Source: a virus (taxonomy: Duplodnaviria > Caudoviricetes). From it: 49,778 nucleotides of DNA. The first letter of the stretch is position 1, and the number at the start of each line of letters is the position of its first letter. Under the pieces are notes generated by a model. That model worked only from the letters and a program-made list of their open reading frames with translations. It had not been told where the DNA came from and searched no databases. The position numbers were made by a program, and so were the translations under genes. This document shows, piece after piece, positions 34,903-45,400 of the stretch. Location: positions 1 to 49,778 of the IMG/VR virus record IMGVR_UViG_3300024258_000029. One strand, 5' to 3'.

Positions 34903-35757
34903 TTATGATGATAGTGCTGCTGCCGTTAAAGTGTTCCTTGCTGGTGCTGCTGCTGCCGTTTTTCCTGTCCAGGTATCCACAACATATTCGTCACAATCTT
35001 GGATATAAGTGTTTCCATAAGCTACATATCCTTTGCTATCTATTGCACAAGAACCACCGGAACCCCTTGTAGGTGCAGGGCAATCTGTTCTGGACGTATA
35101 AGAGTCAGGTGAATACTCTTGAAGGTCATTTGAGGCCCCAACATTGTAAGTATAACTCCCTATTGTAAAGCCGTAAGGTAAGTTTGCTCCTCCTCCTGGA
35201 AGGTTAGTTTTGTTAGTCCATGAATCAGGATCATATTCATCGTTATCCGCAAGTGCTGCACCAGAATACCCACCCATAATATAAATTTTATCATTAAGAG
35301 TAGTAGCTAAATGCCCACCCCTTCCTGGTGTTGGGCAATCGGTTTTACTCGTCCATGTATCAGGTATGTACTGCTCTGTATCTCGAAGGTCTGAAGGTTG
35401 CCCCGCTATTGCATAACCAGCACTTCCTATAGATGCACCAGACAATCCATTTCTTATAGAAGCAATATTAGTTTTAGATGCCCATGAGTTTAAACTTGGA
35501 TCATATTCATCGCAAAACGCTATATATGCTAATGAAACATACCCACCAGCAACGTAAGCTTTATTAGATATAGGCATAGATGCAGCACCTCTCCCAATAT
35601 GCCCTGCTGTGCAGTCAGTCTTACTTGTCCAAGTATCAAGTTCATAACTGTCACAATCTTGAACGTCTGCTGTTGAACTTGTTCCACCGAACCAATATCC
35701 TCTTTCTACAAGAATTGCCAGCAAAGCTGCTGCCATTAACATTCGATTGCTTAACAT
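34903..35757 (-). CDS. Kelch-repeat beta-propeller, putative receptor-binding protein
   Basis: About six repeats of Y..GG....D...Y..D.WTSKT. Confidence 0.85.
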   Translation of the reverse strand: MLSNRMLMAAALLAILVERGYWFGGTSSTADVQDCDSYELDTWTSKTDCTAGHIGRGAASMPISNKAYVAGGYVSLAYIAFCDEYDPSLNSWASKTNIASIRNGLSGASIGSAGYAIAGQPSDLRDTEQYIPDTWTSKTDCPTPGRGGHLATTLNDKIYIMGGYSGAALADNDEYDPDSWTNKTNLPGGGANLPYGFTIGSYTYNVGASNDLQEYSPDSYTSRTDCPAPTRGSGGSCAIDSKGYVAYGNTYIQDCDEYVVDTWTGKTAAAAPARNTLTAAALSS

Positions 35758-35765
35758 ATCAACCT

Positions 35766-36218
35766 CTAATTAGTGTCGCTTATAATTTTTATTCTTTCGT
35801 CAGTTGCTTTAATTTCAAAATCTTTTAAATACTGCGGAGCATCCTCTTTTGAAGATAGATATTCCCTTATTGATCTAATTGATTTTATATCAAGCTCTCT
35901 TAATCTTTCCTTTGCCTGATTTGAAATTTCAAGGTCTTCTTTCTCCTTGATTCCAGCAAGATAAGTATCAACCTCTTCCTGGGATTCAAATTTAGCAACA
36001 ACAGACCAGATTTGAGTTGCAACGTTATTAATTAATTTTACACCATCATTCTGGACTACCTGCAAATCCGTACAAACTGGTTTCTCAGTTTCCGTTACAG
36101 GCAAAAAACCCTTGCTTTCAACGTGCTCCGGTTTGAAATCTCTTGGCAAGCTGGATGGATAAACTAACCTTTTAACTTCACTTTCGGCATAAACTCCGTT
36201 ATCTTTAAAATATCTCAT
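35766..36218 (-). CDS. Tail fibre assembly / chaperone-like protein
   Basis: GFLPV...KP....Q......QIWSV and LRELDIKSIR motifs; sits between fibre genes. Confidence 0.55.
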   Translation of the reverse strand: MRYFKDNGVYAESEVKRLVYPSSLPRDFKPEHVESKGFLPVTETEKPVCTDLQVVQNDGVKLINNVATQIWSVVAKFESQEEVDTYLAGIKEKEDLEISNQAKERLRELDIKSIRSIREYLSSKEDAPQYLKDFEIKATDERIKIISDTN

Positions 36219-36230
36219 ATTATACCTCTT

Positions 36231-37007
36231 TTAAGAAATGTCTAAGCCAACAAGAAAACCAAGCCATGTTGTCCCAGCATCATTTGTTGTGAACACCAAA
36301 ACATCTACCCCAGCAGCAGTAAGTGTGGGTGCTGTAGCAGAGGGCCAATCAACACTTGCAGGCCAATTAACTGTCTGGCTTCCACCATTTGTCAAAAATA
36401 AAGTAAAACTTCCGTTCGACCCGGATGCTGGTGGATTACTGAAAGTCAATGTTTCCTCTGCTGTACTTACGGTTGCAGATACTACATTCCCATCTTCAAG
36501 ATCAATATCATCAGACCCACCCCCAAGATCACCCAATGGATTTAATGTTTCTGAAATGTCTATTAATTTAGCTCTTGATAAAACTGCATCTGCCATTGCA
36601 ATTGCTGTTCCTGCAACATACCCTGTGATTAAAACCCACCATGTGCCACCATCACCAACTGGATTATGATTCGTATTCGACCCTTGAGCAGATCTGTAAG
36701 AAAGAAAATCAGTACCCCACACGGTATCACCAGCATCATAAGTTACTGCGTTTGACCATTCAGTAGCATCCACAGCAGCTATTGCAGCCAATGAAGCTGC
36801 TGAAGCTGTATTAGAATATCCATTGACTGCCGTTGAAAGAGCATTCACTTGTGATGTCCAGACAATCAACTCTCCTGTCGTTACGGTTCCCCAAGAAGAC
36901 AAAACAGCCAAAAAAGCATCTGCCCTTGCATCAAAATTATCGGGATCAGTTCTCGCTGGAGCAGTTCCTGGGTCTGAAATTGTTTGTGCAATCTGATATG
37001 CAGCCAT
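36231..37007 (-). CDS. Tail fibre / adaptor protein
   Basis: P.R.DP.NFDARADAF N-terminus, W....Y..GD.V CBM-like motif, LTFSNPP...F.L.L..GG...V.WP..V.W....P.L C-terminal domain. Confidence 0.75.
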   Translation of the reverse strand: MAAYQIAQTISDPGTAPARTDPDNFDARADAFLAVLSSWGTVTTGELIVWTSQVNALSTAVNGYSNTASAASLAAIAAVDATEWSNAVTYDAGDTVWGTDFLSYRSAQGSNTNHNPVGDGGTWWVLITGYVAGTAIAMADAVLSRAKLIDISETLNPLGDLGGGSDDIDLEDGNVVSATVSTAEETLTFSNPPASGSNGSFTLFLTNGGSQTVNWPASVDWPSATAPTLTAAGVDVLVFTTNDAGTTWLGFLVGLDIS

Positions 37008-37018
37008 TTATTCTCTCC

Positions 37019-38515
37019 TTATGTTAAACCTTGTATTTCTAAGTCACATTCTGATTTTGTTTTACCTTCCACCATAACTTCAAAATCACTAAAAAAACCA
37101 AACGCAATTGCCATTGATAAGCTTGTTGAATCATTATTTGAATCCCAGACACAAGGGATAGCTCTCAACTGTGTCAGTGTCTGAAAAACTTGGTCAACAC
37201 CATCTGTAGAAACATGTATCGTGTATCTCAGTTCTTTTGCATAAGCTCTTTGAACCAAAGCATATTCACCAAAAGTATTCGCCTCTTTGGTTGAAAAGTC
37301 TGATATGCTGCCTCTCAATCCGTATTTTGTTTCACCAAGGAAAGATGAATGCCCAACAACCAGATGTCCTACCCGGATCGTATCATTCGCATCACCTGTG
37401 AAAATAACCCGGCATGAAGTATTGTAATCATAAGTGAAAGAGTGAGCGGAAGATGTTGAGAACCTGATGGGTGAAAAAAAGTAATCAGACCAGCTTAAAA
37501 CTTCTGACTGATAGAGGGAATTAGACTCCCCGTCATAAACCAGAGCCATCGTCCAATCGGTTTGTGCTCCACCTGTCCCAACATCAAAAATAGTTGCCGT
37601 TACTTCAGCAACCCCTGTGCTTTGTGTCCAATCGGTAAGAGTGCCATAGAAAAATGTCCTCTGGTCTGATGTCCGATAGACCTCAACCTTGTCTCCTATC
37701 ACCCACGTTCTTGAAGCTGCATGAGTAAATGTCATGGCATGTGCTCCAAGGGCAGGAGTTATTGATGTTACGCTTGTTTCTGTTATGCTGTCATTGCTCA
37801 GAATATAATTAACTGTTTTTGCTTCAGATAAAAAAAATGCTAACTTGTTACACTTGTCAGACTTTACCTTAACGCTTATCTTGACAGGATTTTCTGCCTG
37901 CGAACTCATGTAATCGTCAAACATTTTCCAACGGTTTGATGCAGAAACTTTCACCCAATTTGTTCCGTCATCATCTGGTGGGAAATTGCCCTGATTTGAA
38001 CCTACTTGTCCTTCATAAATATCTCTTGAATAATATTCGCCTATTTTTTTTGCAGAAAAATTTGTAACAGATCCAACAAAGCTTGCAGCAGTTACCCCGA
38101 TAAGATTGTCTGAACTACCGACTGTTATAATTTCTTGGTATACACCGTCTGCACCTCTCGCTGATCCTGCCGTCCCCCTCACATAAGGAGTAACTGTCCC
38201 AGATGAGAAGTTTTTAACTTCAAACTGGAAAAGAACCAAATCTCCTGTCACTGCACTATCTGTAACCTGTGTTAATGCTTCAATTGCTGTCGCTGCATCA
38301 TATTCTGAATCAGTCCCATCATATGTCCATAAAGCACCTTTGGTAAACTGATCATAGATACAAGATCCGTAAGAGAAAATTTCTGTAAAGTCGGAATACA
38401 TAACATAAACTCTCGCCCCTACAGCATAAGATGTAGCAGCCAACCAATCAGAAAAGGCAGCTTCAGAAACATTTGAAGCAAGAAGATTCGTTATTTTAGG
38501 TATTGTAACTTGCAT
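37019..38515 (-). CDS. Tail tip protein with inserted domains
   Basis: First gene after the tape measure; W....Y.VG, GN.P....W.....NRWKMFD and ISDFS.K....FG....V.R motifs. Confidence 0.7.
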   Translation of the reverse strand: MQVTIPKITNLLASNVSEAAFSDWLAATSYAVGARVYVMYSDFTEIFSYGSCIYDQFTKGALWTYDGTDSEYDAATAIEALTQVTDSAVTGDLVLFQFEVKNFSSGTVTPYVRGTAGSARGADGVYQEIITVGSSDNLIGVTAASFVGSVTNFSAKKIGEYYSRDIYEGQVGSNQGNFPPDDDGTNWVKVSASNRWKMFDDYMSSQAENPVKISVKVKSDKCNKLAFFLSEAKTVNYILSNDSITETSVTSITPALGAHAMTFTHAASRTWVIGDKVEVYRTSDQRTFFYGTLTDWTQSTGVAEVTATIFDVGTGGAQTDWTMALVYDGESNSLYQSEVLSWSDYFFSPIRFSTSSAHSFTYDYNTSCRVIFTGDANDTIRVGHLVVGHSSFLGETKYGLRGSISDFSTKEANTFGEYALVQRAYAKELRYTIHVSTDGVDQVFQTLTQLRAIPCVWDSNNDSTSLSMAIAFGFFSDFEVMVEGKTKSECDLEIQGLT

Positions 38516-41500
38516 TATCCTGTCTCCGTAACCGCAAATGAGGTTCCACCATTAGTGACTCTATCAAGAGTCTGTTTTATTTTCTTTATCTTTAAAGCGT
38601 TTGTTGAGTTTATAGCCTTTAGGTCTTCTCTTAGGCTTTGCAACACTGACAGTATCCCTTTTGAATAATCGTTTTTTATAACCAAAGGAATGTTTGCACC
38701 ATTCATCGGGATAATTGCTTCTGTGCCGTGGAGCATAGCAGGGAATCCTGACTTTGGCCCTGATGCAACCCCGCCCTCTGCGTACCCGTAAGCTGAAGTT
38801 AGTTTATTTATATCTGCTGCTATTTCTGCCGGCTGGAATCCAACCTCTTCTGCCCAATCTGCTTTTTGAAAAATTGTAGAACTATTCCACTCAGCAAGCG
38901 AAGCTGATATTTGAGCTTTTGATAATCCTGAAATACCATATTTTGCAATGATTTGAGCTTCTGTTTCTGTGGCTATATTTTTGCCTGTTGTATCTAATTG
39001 CCAAGGCATCCATTGAGAAGGATCTGATACTGTCTTTGGGCCGGTTTGCCCAGTTACCGGGTTAGTAACAATATTTGTCTTCGGGTCAGGTGGCAATAAA
39101 TTAAGACTGCCCAATGCACCTGCTAAGCTTATTAGCGTAGAATCAAGTTTTCCAAAAACACTATCTTGCCCAAAAAATTTATTAAATAGACCATAGTAGG
39201 TCAAAAAAGTATCATCACCCATAAGAGCTTTAATCGATTCATCCACGAAGCCTATACTATCATTTATCCCCTCAAGTTCAGTTAATTGCTCACCCAAAGT
39301 TTTGTCAGTAATGCTCAAAGCATCAACCTGTCCATCGGCTGCATCTTCAACATCTTGCAGAGTCCCAATTATCTTTGCATAAACTTTTTTGTATTCATAT
39401 GATGTTGGAGATTCGGCTAATGCTCTTGCGAGGATCTGGCTTGAAAGACCAGGAAGTTTGTTTGCCCCTGCCATCGCTATTAAAGAATCTGACGATTTTG
39501 CATCCCCGGCAGCTTTATTAAAATCTTTTATCAGATTGGTTAATGAGCTACTTCCACTCATTCCAAATTGTTGTTCAAGAGACTTAATTGTATCGCCCAT
39601 TGTGTCACCGATATCTTCAAATGCCTCTGAAGTTTCTTTAACCATATCGGCAAGAATCATTAAATCACCGGTTGCCTCATCAACTGATACCCCAAAGGTT
39701 TCGGTTGCAGTGATAAATTCTGTGGCAGACATGCCCAAAACACTTTTCACAAAAGCAGCTTGCTGTTGCCCGGAACCAAGATCGACTCCGTATTTAGAGC
39801 CGATGCCCATTGCAGCGAACTCATTCTCAAGACCGTATATGCTTGCCTTGGCACTACCGATTGTTTGCAGATGCCCTCTGAATAAATCCAGACCTTGAAC
39901 TGCCATTAAAGTATCGACAATAATTGTGATACCATTCCTTAACTGGTTTGCACCGTCAACAAAAGTAGTATTCCCAGTTGACACAATTGAATCGTACACA
40001 CCATTAAAAAAGCTTATTATTTTTTCGCCTTGGCTTGCTATGTTCTGCATCTTAATTTGATCTGATGACCAGATAATACCCTTGACTGATTCTGACATGC
40101 TGTTGACCATTCCAACCGCAGCAGCACTCAAGTTTTTTATTTCTTCCCAGAAAATAACTTCTTGTAATTCATGAGCCTTTGTCAGTTCTTCAGCCGTTGC
40201 ATTGTTCTTTACAAGAGCTTCATTCAAAAGATCGAACCCTTCGACAAGGGTTTTTATCGTTGCTGCAACAGGGTCAAGATTTAATGCTTCAATGGCATCT
40301 TCCATCTCTGAAAGAGAATTTGAAACAAAGGCAATTTGCTGATAAGCCTCGACAGAACTTAATCCAAGATCGTTTACCCTGTCATTAAATTTATCCATGA
40401 AATCGGTTGTCTTGTTCACGATATCGGCAAAAGCAATGAATGAATCCCAAGTCGATGAACCTTCAGGCATTATGGCTTCAAAGAAAGCTGTGTTGAAAAT
40501 GTCTGCCATAGCTGAAACCTGATGCGTGATTGTTTCATAAACAGGCTCTGTGTATAAATAAGGATCTGCACCAGAACCTTTTCCTTGAGGACTGAAAGCA
40601 GAACTATCATAAAACTCTCTGCTGCCCGGTTGTGGAGCATTCTTTGCTGCAATTGACCCAGCAGTAATGTATTGGCTGCCGACTATTGTATTGACACCTT
40701 TACCGACTGCTCCTGCCCCTGGAATCACACCCAAAAGCATTGAGCCAACCAGTTCAGAGAAAACAGCCTTTGAAAGACCCTTCAAGGCTTGCCCTGCATC
40801 CATATCTTCCGTGAGTCTGAATGATACACCCAAGTGCTGATAATCTTTCAGGACATCGTTTATATTTGTTGACATGGCTTTATCAACACTGGCAAAAACA
40901 GTATCAAAATAATCAAATAAAACATTTCTCATCTCTGGTTCATTATCGAAATCTGCTGCGAACACACGGTAATCATAAAGGTTGGATTTGAAATCATCGT
41001 ACATGTTTTCCATTGCTATTTCATATGGATTTATTTCACGGTCAAAACTTCCAGTACCAAATTTCCAGGCTTCTTTTGACATCCCGGATATTCCGAATTG
41101 CGGTTTTTCTGAGAACATCCGGCCTAAAACTTTTGTTGCTATCATCCCGGCTGCTGCGATAACTCCGATACCGGCTGCACCTGTAAGCATGCTTGGCCAG
41201 GAAGCACCCGCAGAAAGGCCACCACCGCCAAGTGTTCCAGACAAACCGCCGCCACCAATTCCGGCACTCCATGCAGCATTCCCGGCAGTTGCCATTGAGC
41301 CAGGGACACCAGAAGCAAGGGCAAAGCTACCCGATGGAACAGAATTAAAAAGGCTTCCAAAAACGGGGGATGTAGATAATTTATTTAAAATACCAGTGCC
41401 GAGCTTGTCCCCTATTTTTCCCAATATTCCAGAACCACCGCCAGAACCACCGCCGCCCAATACACCAGATACAAGATTTAAAAGGATGGGTGTTGTGGCA

Positions 41501-43926
41501 TCCGCCAGGATCTGAGCGAAAGTTTTTTTGAAAGTGTTCAACATATGATCCATGAAATCATCCCATGAACTCATTTGACCATCAAGAATTCCTTCCCAAA
41601 AATCGGCAGCAATATCATGTATGTTGTCATACATGTGCTGGTAATCTTTTTCCTGTTTCTTGATAGCTTTGTCTCTGGCTTTTTCTTCGTCCGTCAACCG
41701 TTTTTGATATGCTTTATAATCATTGTTTGTTATTTTTGTCTGGGTTTCTTCGTGTTGCTTTATTGCCTTGTCCAAACCTTTTTGCCTGATCAACCACATG
41801 TCATCTTGCATTCTTTCGCCTTGGTCTATTTCAGCTTTAGCGAATCCAAGGTTTTTCTTGAGGAGATCTTTGTATGATTTTTCGATAGCTGCTGCACGGT
41901 TTTTCTCAATCCTTATTTGTGCATCAGCAGATTTTTTTTCCAAGGATGCTATCTGTTTTAATGCCTCGTCTCGTATCCTTACATCTGTATTATTTCCTTC
42001 TTCCCAAAGCTTTAAATTTTCTTTTAAGCTCTTTAATCTTTCAGCATCGGTTTCTTTAATACTGCCTAGCATTTCCTTATTGAATTTATCAGCTTTTGAT
42101 GTTGAGGAAGTCTCGAACTCTCCTTTTAATTTTTGCCAATGTGATATATAATTTGATAAAGATGTGTCTGATCCATAATCTAAGTCTTGGTTTATTTCTT
42201 TAAACCCTAATGCCGTCCAAGCTGCAACTTGTTGTACTTCAATTAATAACTGTTTTAATTCGCCTAACTTGCCAGTATATCCTTTAAGAGAAGCTGTCAT
42301 CTCATCGTTCTCAACAACATTACTAAATAAGATAGGCTCTCCGTTTTTCCACTTTCTCACGCTACTTAAAAAATCCTCTTGTTTTTCCTTTAAAGAATCA
42401 TAACTCGCTATAGTTGCTTTTATAGAAATGCGTAAGTCTTCTTGAGTGACTGCGGTTCCTTCTCTTAGTGCGGCATCTGTTCTTCTGCCAGCTACTTCTA
42501 TCTCTCTTAATGTAGATACCATTGCTGCCATTTCTTCAGGATTAGCAGTTATCCAATCTGTAAAATTTATTTTACCTTCGCTTGCGAACCCAATGCCTTT
42601 GAAAAAATTTGTGAATGCAACTATTCTATCCATGCTAAATGCAGCCAACGTGCCAGATAACTCTACTATACTGCCAAGATTTTTAGCAAAAGCTTGAGTT
42701 GCAATTATAAACTCTGGGTCTTTAAGCTCATCGGAGAATGCTAATATTGCATCAGCGACATCATCCATGAATCCGTTATTTGACATCTTGACTTTTAGTT
42801 CTTCCCACGTTTCACTTAATAAATTTACAGCTTTTACTGAATCCGCTATTGTCCCAATATATGTTTCATCCATTGCCTTTGAAAACTTTGGCAAGAAAAC
42901 ATCTGCATATACTTCTCCTGCACTGACAGCCTTGTCAAAAGCCTCTACTGTCATGCCCATAGCCTTCGCACCCAATTGGAAAGCACCAGGAAGACTGTCT
43001 CCCATTTGCCTCCTTATTTCTTCCATACTAATTTTTCCTTTTGAGAGCATCTGTTCTAAAGCGAGAAAAGTTAACGACATCTTCTCATTTGATAGCCCCA
43101 AAATAGCACCAGCATTTGATACCGATCTAAATATTTTCTGAATTTCTTTCATTGGAAGTGTAGACGACCGTGCAGCAGCTAAAAACCCCTTATAACCTTC
43201 TCTCAATGTGAAAAAATTAAGACCAAGTTCTTTTGCGGTGTCTCTTAAAAATTCAAACTGAACATTGGCTCCAGCTACTGAGCCTGTTATTGATTTATAA
43301 GCATTCTCAGCAACAAGTGTTCTTCTACCAGCATCCCAAATTGCTGTGCTTAATTCCTTGACTGTGTACACAGCAGCAGAGGCAGCTAACCCCAAACTTA
43401 TGAGCTTGGATCTAGTGGACATTATAGAATCACCAAGTGCCTGCATTCTATATTTAGATCTGTCCAGCTTATTCGCCATAGCTTTTGCTTGCTTGCCTGT
43501 ATAACCCATCTGGATACCAAGAGCTTTTATTTCCTTCTTAGAAAGACTAGCAGCAGTGGCAACCTTACGCATAGCTCCTTCAGCCTGTTTCATAGCCTGA
43601 TTACGCAGCATCTTTTCATTTAACTTTGTAAACTCTTTTGAAGTCATCCCGACTTCTTTTGCGACACCATCCAATGCTCTTGCTATTTCTTTGGATGTTG
43701 CCTTGAAATTTTCGGCAGGAATTTTTGCACTCTGAGATAACTGTTTTAAGCCTGTTGATAATGCACTGATTGACTGGGATGCTTTCCCCGGCATGATACC
43801 ATTATTTAAAGCATCAGATACTTCTTTGCTGCCCTTTTTTGCTACAGTCCTCAACTTGGTCATATCTTGCTGAAATTTTGTGATATCACCACGAACTTCC
43901 ACAAAAATGCTTCCTATCGCAGACAC
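38515..43926 (-). CDS. Tape measure protein
   Basis: 1803 aa helical; ALEQMLSKGKISMEEIRRQMGD.LPGA tape-measure domain; C-terminal YAEGG...LHGTEAIIP; GTG start. Confidence 0.95.
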   Translation of the reverse strand: MSAIGSIFVEVRGDITKFQQDMTKLRTVAKKGSKEVSDALNNGIMPGKASQSISALSTGLKQLSQSAKIPAENFKATSKEIARALDGVAKEVGMTSKEFTKLNEKMLRNQAMKQAEGAMRKVATAASLSKKEIKALGIQMGYTGKQAKAMANKLDRSKYRMQALGDSIMSTRSKLISLGLAASAAVYTVKELSTAIWDAGRRTLVAENAYKSITGSVAGANVQFEFLRDTAKELGLNFFTLREGYKGFLAAARSSTLPMKEIQKIFRSVSNAGAILGLSNEKMSLTFLALEQMLSKGKISMEEIRRQMGDSLPGAFQLGAKAMGMTVEAFDKAVSAGEVYADVFLPKFSKAMDETYIGTIADSVKAVNLLSETWEELKVKMSNNGFMDDVADAILAFSDELKDPEFIIATQAFAKNLGSIVELSGTLAAFSMDRIVAFTNFFKGIGFASEGKINFTDWITANPEEMAAMVSTLREIEVAGRRTDAALREGTAVTQEDLRISIKATIASYDSLKEKQEDFLSSVRKWKNGEPILFSNVVENDEMTASLKGYTGKLGELKQLLIEVQQVAAWTALGFKEINQDLDYGSDTSLSNYISHWQKLKGEFETSSTSKADKFNKEMLGSIKETDAERLKSLKENLKLWEEGNNTDVRIRDEALKQIASLEKKSADAQIRIEKNRAAAIEKSYKDLLKKNLGFAKAEIDQGERMQDDMWLIRQKGLDKAIKQHEETQTKITNNDYKAYQKRLTDEEKARDKAIKKQEKDYQHMYDNIHDIAADFWEGILDGQMSSWDDFMDHMLNTFKKTFAQILADATTPILLNLVSGVLGGGGSGGGSGILGKIGDKLGTGILNKLSTSPVFGSLFNSVPSGSFALASGVPGSMATAGNAAWSAGIGGGGLSGTLGGGGLSAGASWPSMLTGAAGIGVIAAAGMIATKVLGRMFSEKPQFGISGMSKEAWKFGTGSFDREINPYEIAMENMYDDFKSNLYDYRVFAADFDNEPEMRNVLFDYFDTVFASVDKAMSTNINDVLKDYQHLGVSFRLTEDMDAGQALKGLSKAVFSELVGSMLLGVIPGAGAVGKGVNTIVGSQYITAGSIAAKNAPQPGSREFYDSSAFSPQGKGSGADPYLYTEPVYETITHQVSAMADIFNTAFFEAIMPEGSSTWDSFIAFADIVNKTTDFMDKFNDRVNDLGLSSVEAYQQIAFVSNSLSEMEDAIEALNLDPVAATIKTLVEGFDLLNEALVKNNATAEELTKAHELQEVIFWEEIKNLSAAAVGMVNSMSESVKGIIWSSDQIKMQNIASQGEKIISFFNGVYDSIVSTGNTTFVDGANQLRNGITIIVDTLMAVQGLDLFRGHLQTIGSAKASIYGLENEFAAMGIGSKYGVDLGSGQQQAAFVKSVLGMSATEFITATETFGVSVDEATGDLMILADMVKETSEAFEDIGDTMGDTIKSLEQQFGMSGSSSLTNLIKDFNKAAGDAKSSDSLIAMAGANKLPGLSSQILARALAESPTSYEYKKVYAKIIGTLQDVEDAADGQVDALSITDKTLGEQLTELEGINDSIGFVDESIKALMGDDTFLTYYGLFNKFFGQDSVFGKLDSTLISLAGALGSLNLLPPDPKTNIVTNPVTGQTGPKTVSDPSQWMPWQLDTTGKNIATETEAQIIAKYGISGLSKAQISASLAEWNSSTIFQKADWAEEVGFQPAEIAADINKLTSAYGYAEGGVASGPKSGFPAMLHGTEAIIPMNGANIPLVIKNDYSKGILSVLQSLREDLKAINSTNALKIKKIKQTLDRVTNGGTSFAVTETG

Positions 43927-45059
43927 TATAAAACCTCCAAATCAAGATGTAAAACATCATCAACAAAAATCTCCGCAACACCAACGCTATCAAGCGGAGC
44001 AGTCCCTTTGTATGCAGAACTTTTATAAAGTTTGATTATTTTTTGTTCCATTTCCAAAGCACCCTTACCTATTCTATAATCCCAAATTTTTAAAACCTTT
44101 ATTTTTTCTAAATCCAAATCGCTATATCTTTTTTCTACGGACCTGTTTGTTATCCCAATCTTATATAATGAATATGCAAAACGATCAGATTTTATTTTTA
44201 AATAATATAACATTCCGGACTTGCTAACATTGAATCCTTTTTCGGCACAAGATGGACACCCGACACCTTTCATATGGTTACTAGGGTTTTGTTTAAACAC
44301 TCCATGCTTTTTACAAATTATTTTTACTTTAGCATGGTTATTATTATATCTTACAAGTGAATAATCGTATAATTTATCATGGGAAGAAATAGACTTTTTT
44401 ATAAACTCATTTACAGTCAATCTGGTTTCGTGTGTTCTCTTAACAATCTCTCTGTACTTAGGGCCAGCACACTCTTGACATATTTGCCCATTCAAATGGC
44501 GGTAAGGAGTAACTTCAAAGATACCATGTTGAGGACAAATTATCTTAATCGGTATATCGGTATTTTTGTATTCAACCAGAGAATAATCATAGTTTTTATC
44601 AGCGTGGACTATTTTCGCTTTTTTAAAAAATTCTTTTTCGGCAGAAACCCTTCTGTTATCATTGAAGCATTTTATACAGCCCCGCCCTCTTATATGGTTA
44701 CCTGCATTTTGTTCAAAGTCTCCATGCTGCTTACAGGTAATAATAACATTTGAACCAGACACTAAAAATGTTTTAGAATAATCATATTTATTACCATGAA
44801 CCAAATCAGCTTTTTTTATAAATGAATTTAATTTTCTTTTTTTTGTTTCTGGTTTCAATTTATGATTTTCTATTCTGCATTTCACACAACCATGCCCTGA
44901 TGAATGGGCAGAAGGAATCTGTTCAAAGACCCCATGCACAGGACAAATTATTTTAACCTTCTCTTTCGATGTTTTATAGATCGACAAAGAATAATCATAG
45001 AATCCACCGTGGGCTACAGTGGATCTTTCTGTGAATTCTTCCTGTGTCAATCTAACCAT
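43926..45059 (-). CDS. Zn-ribbon repeat endonuclease with a GIY-YIG-like C-terminus, putative homing endonuclease
   Basis: Four YDYS...IIC..HG.F....H..G..C..C repeats; LYYLKI...YKIGITNRSVEKRY...E C-terminus. Confidence 0.8.
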   Translation of the reverse strand: MVRLTQEEFTERSTVAHGGFYDYSLSIYKTSKEKVKIICPVHGVFEQIPSAHSSGHGCVKCRIENHKLKPETKKRKLNSFIKKADLVHGNKYDYSKTFLVSGSNVIITCKQHGDFEQNAGNHIRGRGCIKCFNDNRRVSAEKEFFKKAKIVHADKNYDYSLVEYKNTDIPIKIICPQHGIFEVTPYRHLNGQICQECAGPKYREIVKRTHETRLTVNEFIKKSISSHDKLYDYSLVRYNNNHAKVKIICKKHGVFKQNPSNHMKGVGCPSCAEKGFNVSKSGMLYYLKIKSDRFAYSLYKIGITNRSVEKRYSDLDLEKIKVLKIWDYRIGKGALEMEQKIIKLYKSSAYKGTAPLDSVGVAEIFVDDVLHLDLEVL

Positions 45060-45400
45060 TATTGCTCCTGTTTATCTTTTTGCTTTTCATTATATTCCTG
45101 CAAGAACTTTCTACCCACATTAACAACTTTTTCAAAACAATCCTGCCTGAATTCGATATCGTATAAATCCATTGCTCTATGGATAGCCATTTGGTTTATA
45201 GCCACAGGGCCACCCATAGAACTCATGATATATTGATCCCTGACAATGAGGTATATTTTTTCAGCATCTTGGTTTTCCGGTAAACAATCAGGCAAACATA
45301 TTTTGCAATCCATGATGTCAAAGGCATCACCTTTTATTTTTTTGCAGATTTTACAGTCTGGCTTTTCTCCACTACAGAGTCTGCTGATCCGCTCATTAAG
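45059..45400 (-). CDS. Tail assembly chaperone, -1 frameshift extension (gpT-like)
   Basis: The -1 frame is open from A AAA AAC through MDCKIC... to the stop at 45059. Confidence 0.8.
   Translation of the reverse strand, partial: LNERISRLCSGEKPDCKICKKIKGDAFDIMDCKICLPDCLPENQDAEKIYLIVRDQYIMSSMGGPVAINQMAIHRAMDLYDIEFRQDCFEKVVNVGRKFLQEYNEKQKDKQEQ

Noticed and set aside
34903-35757. Diversity-generating retroelement target
   Set aside because: No reverse transcriptase and no template/variable repeat pair were seen; the repeats are ordinary Kelch blades.
41200-41460. Second GGY-type array
   Set aside because: The period is 3 and it encodes Gly-rich stretches of the tape measure protein.
39389-43141. 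Antisense ORFs within the tape measure gene (and similar shadow ORFs elsewhere)
   Set aside because: They lie fully opposite well-supported genes and show no RBS or recognisable motifs.
43926-45059. Group I intron or IS element
   Set aside because: The ORF abuts both neighbours with no non-coding flanks, terminal inverted repeats or transposase motifs.
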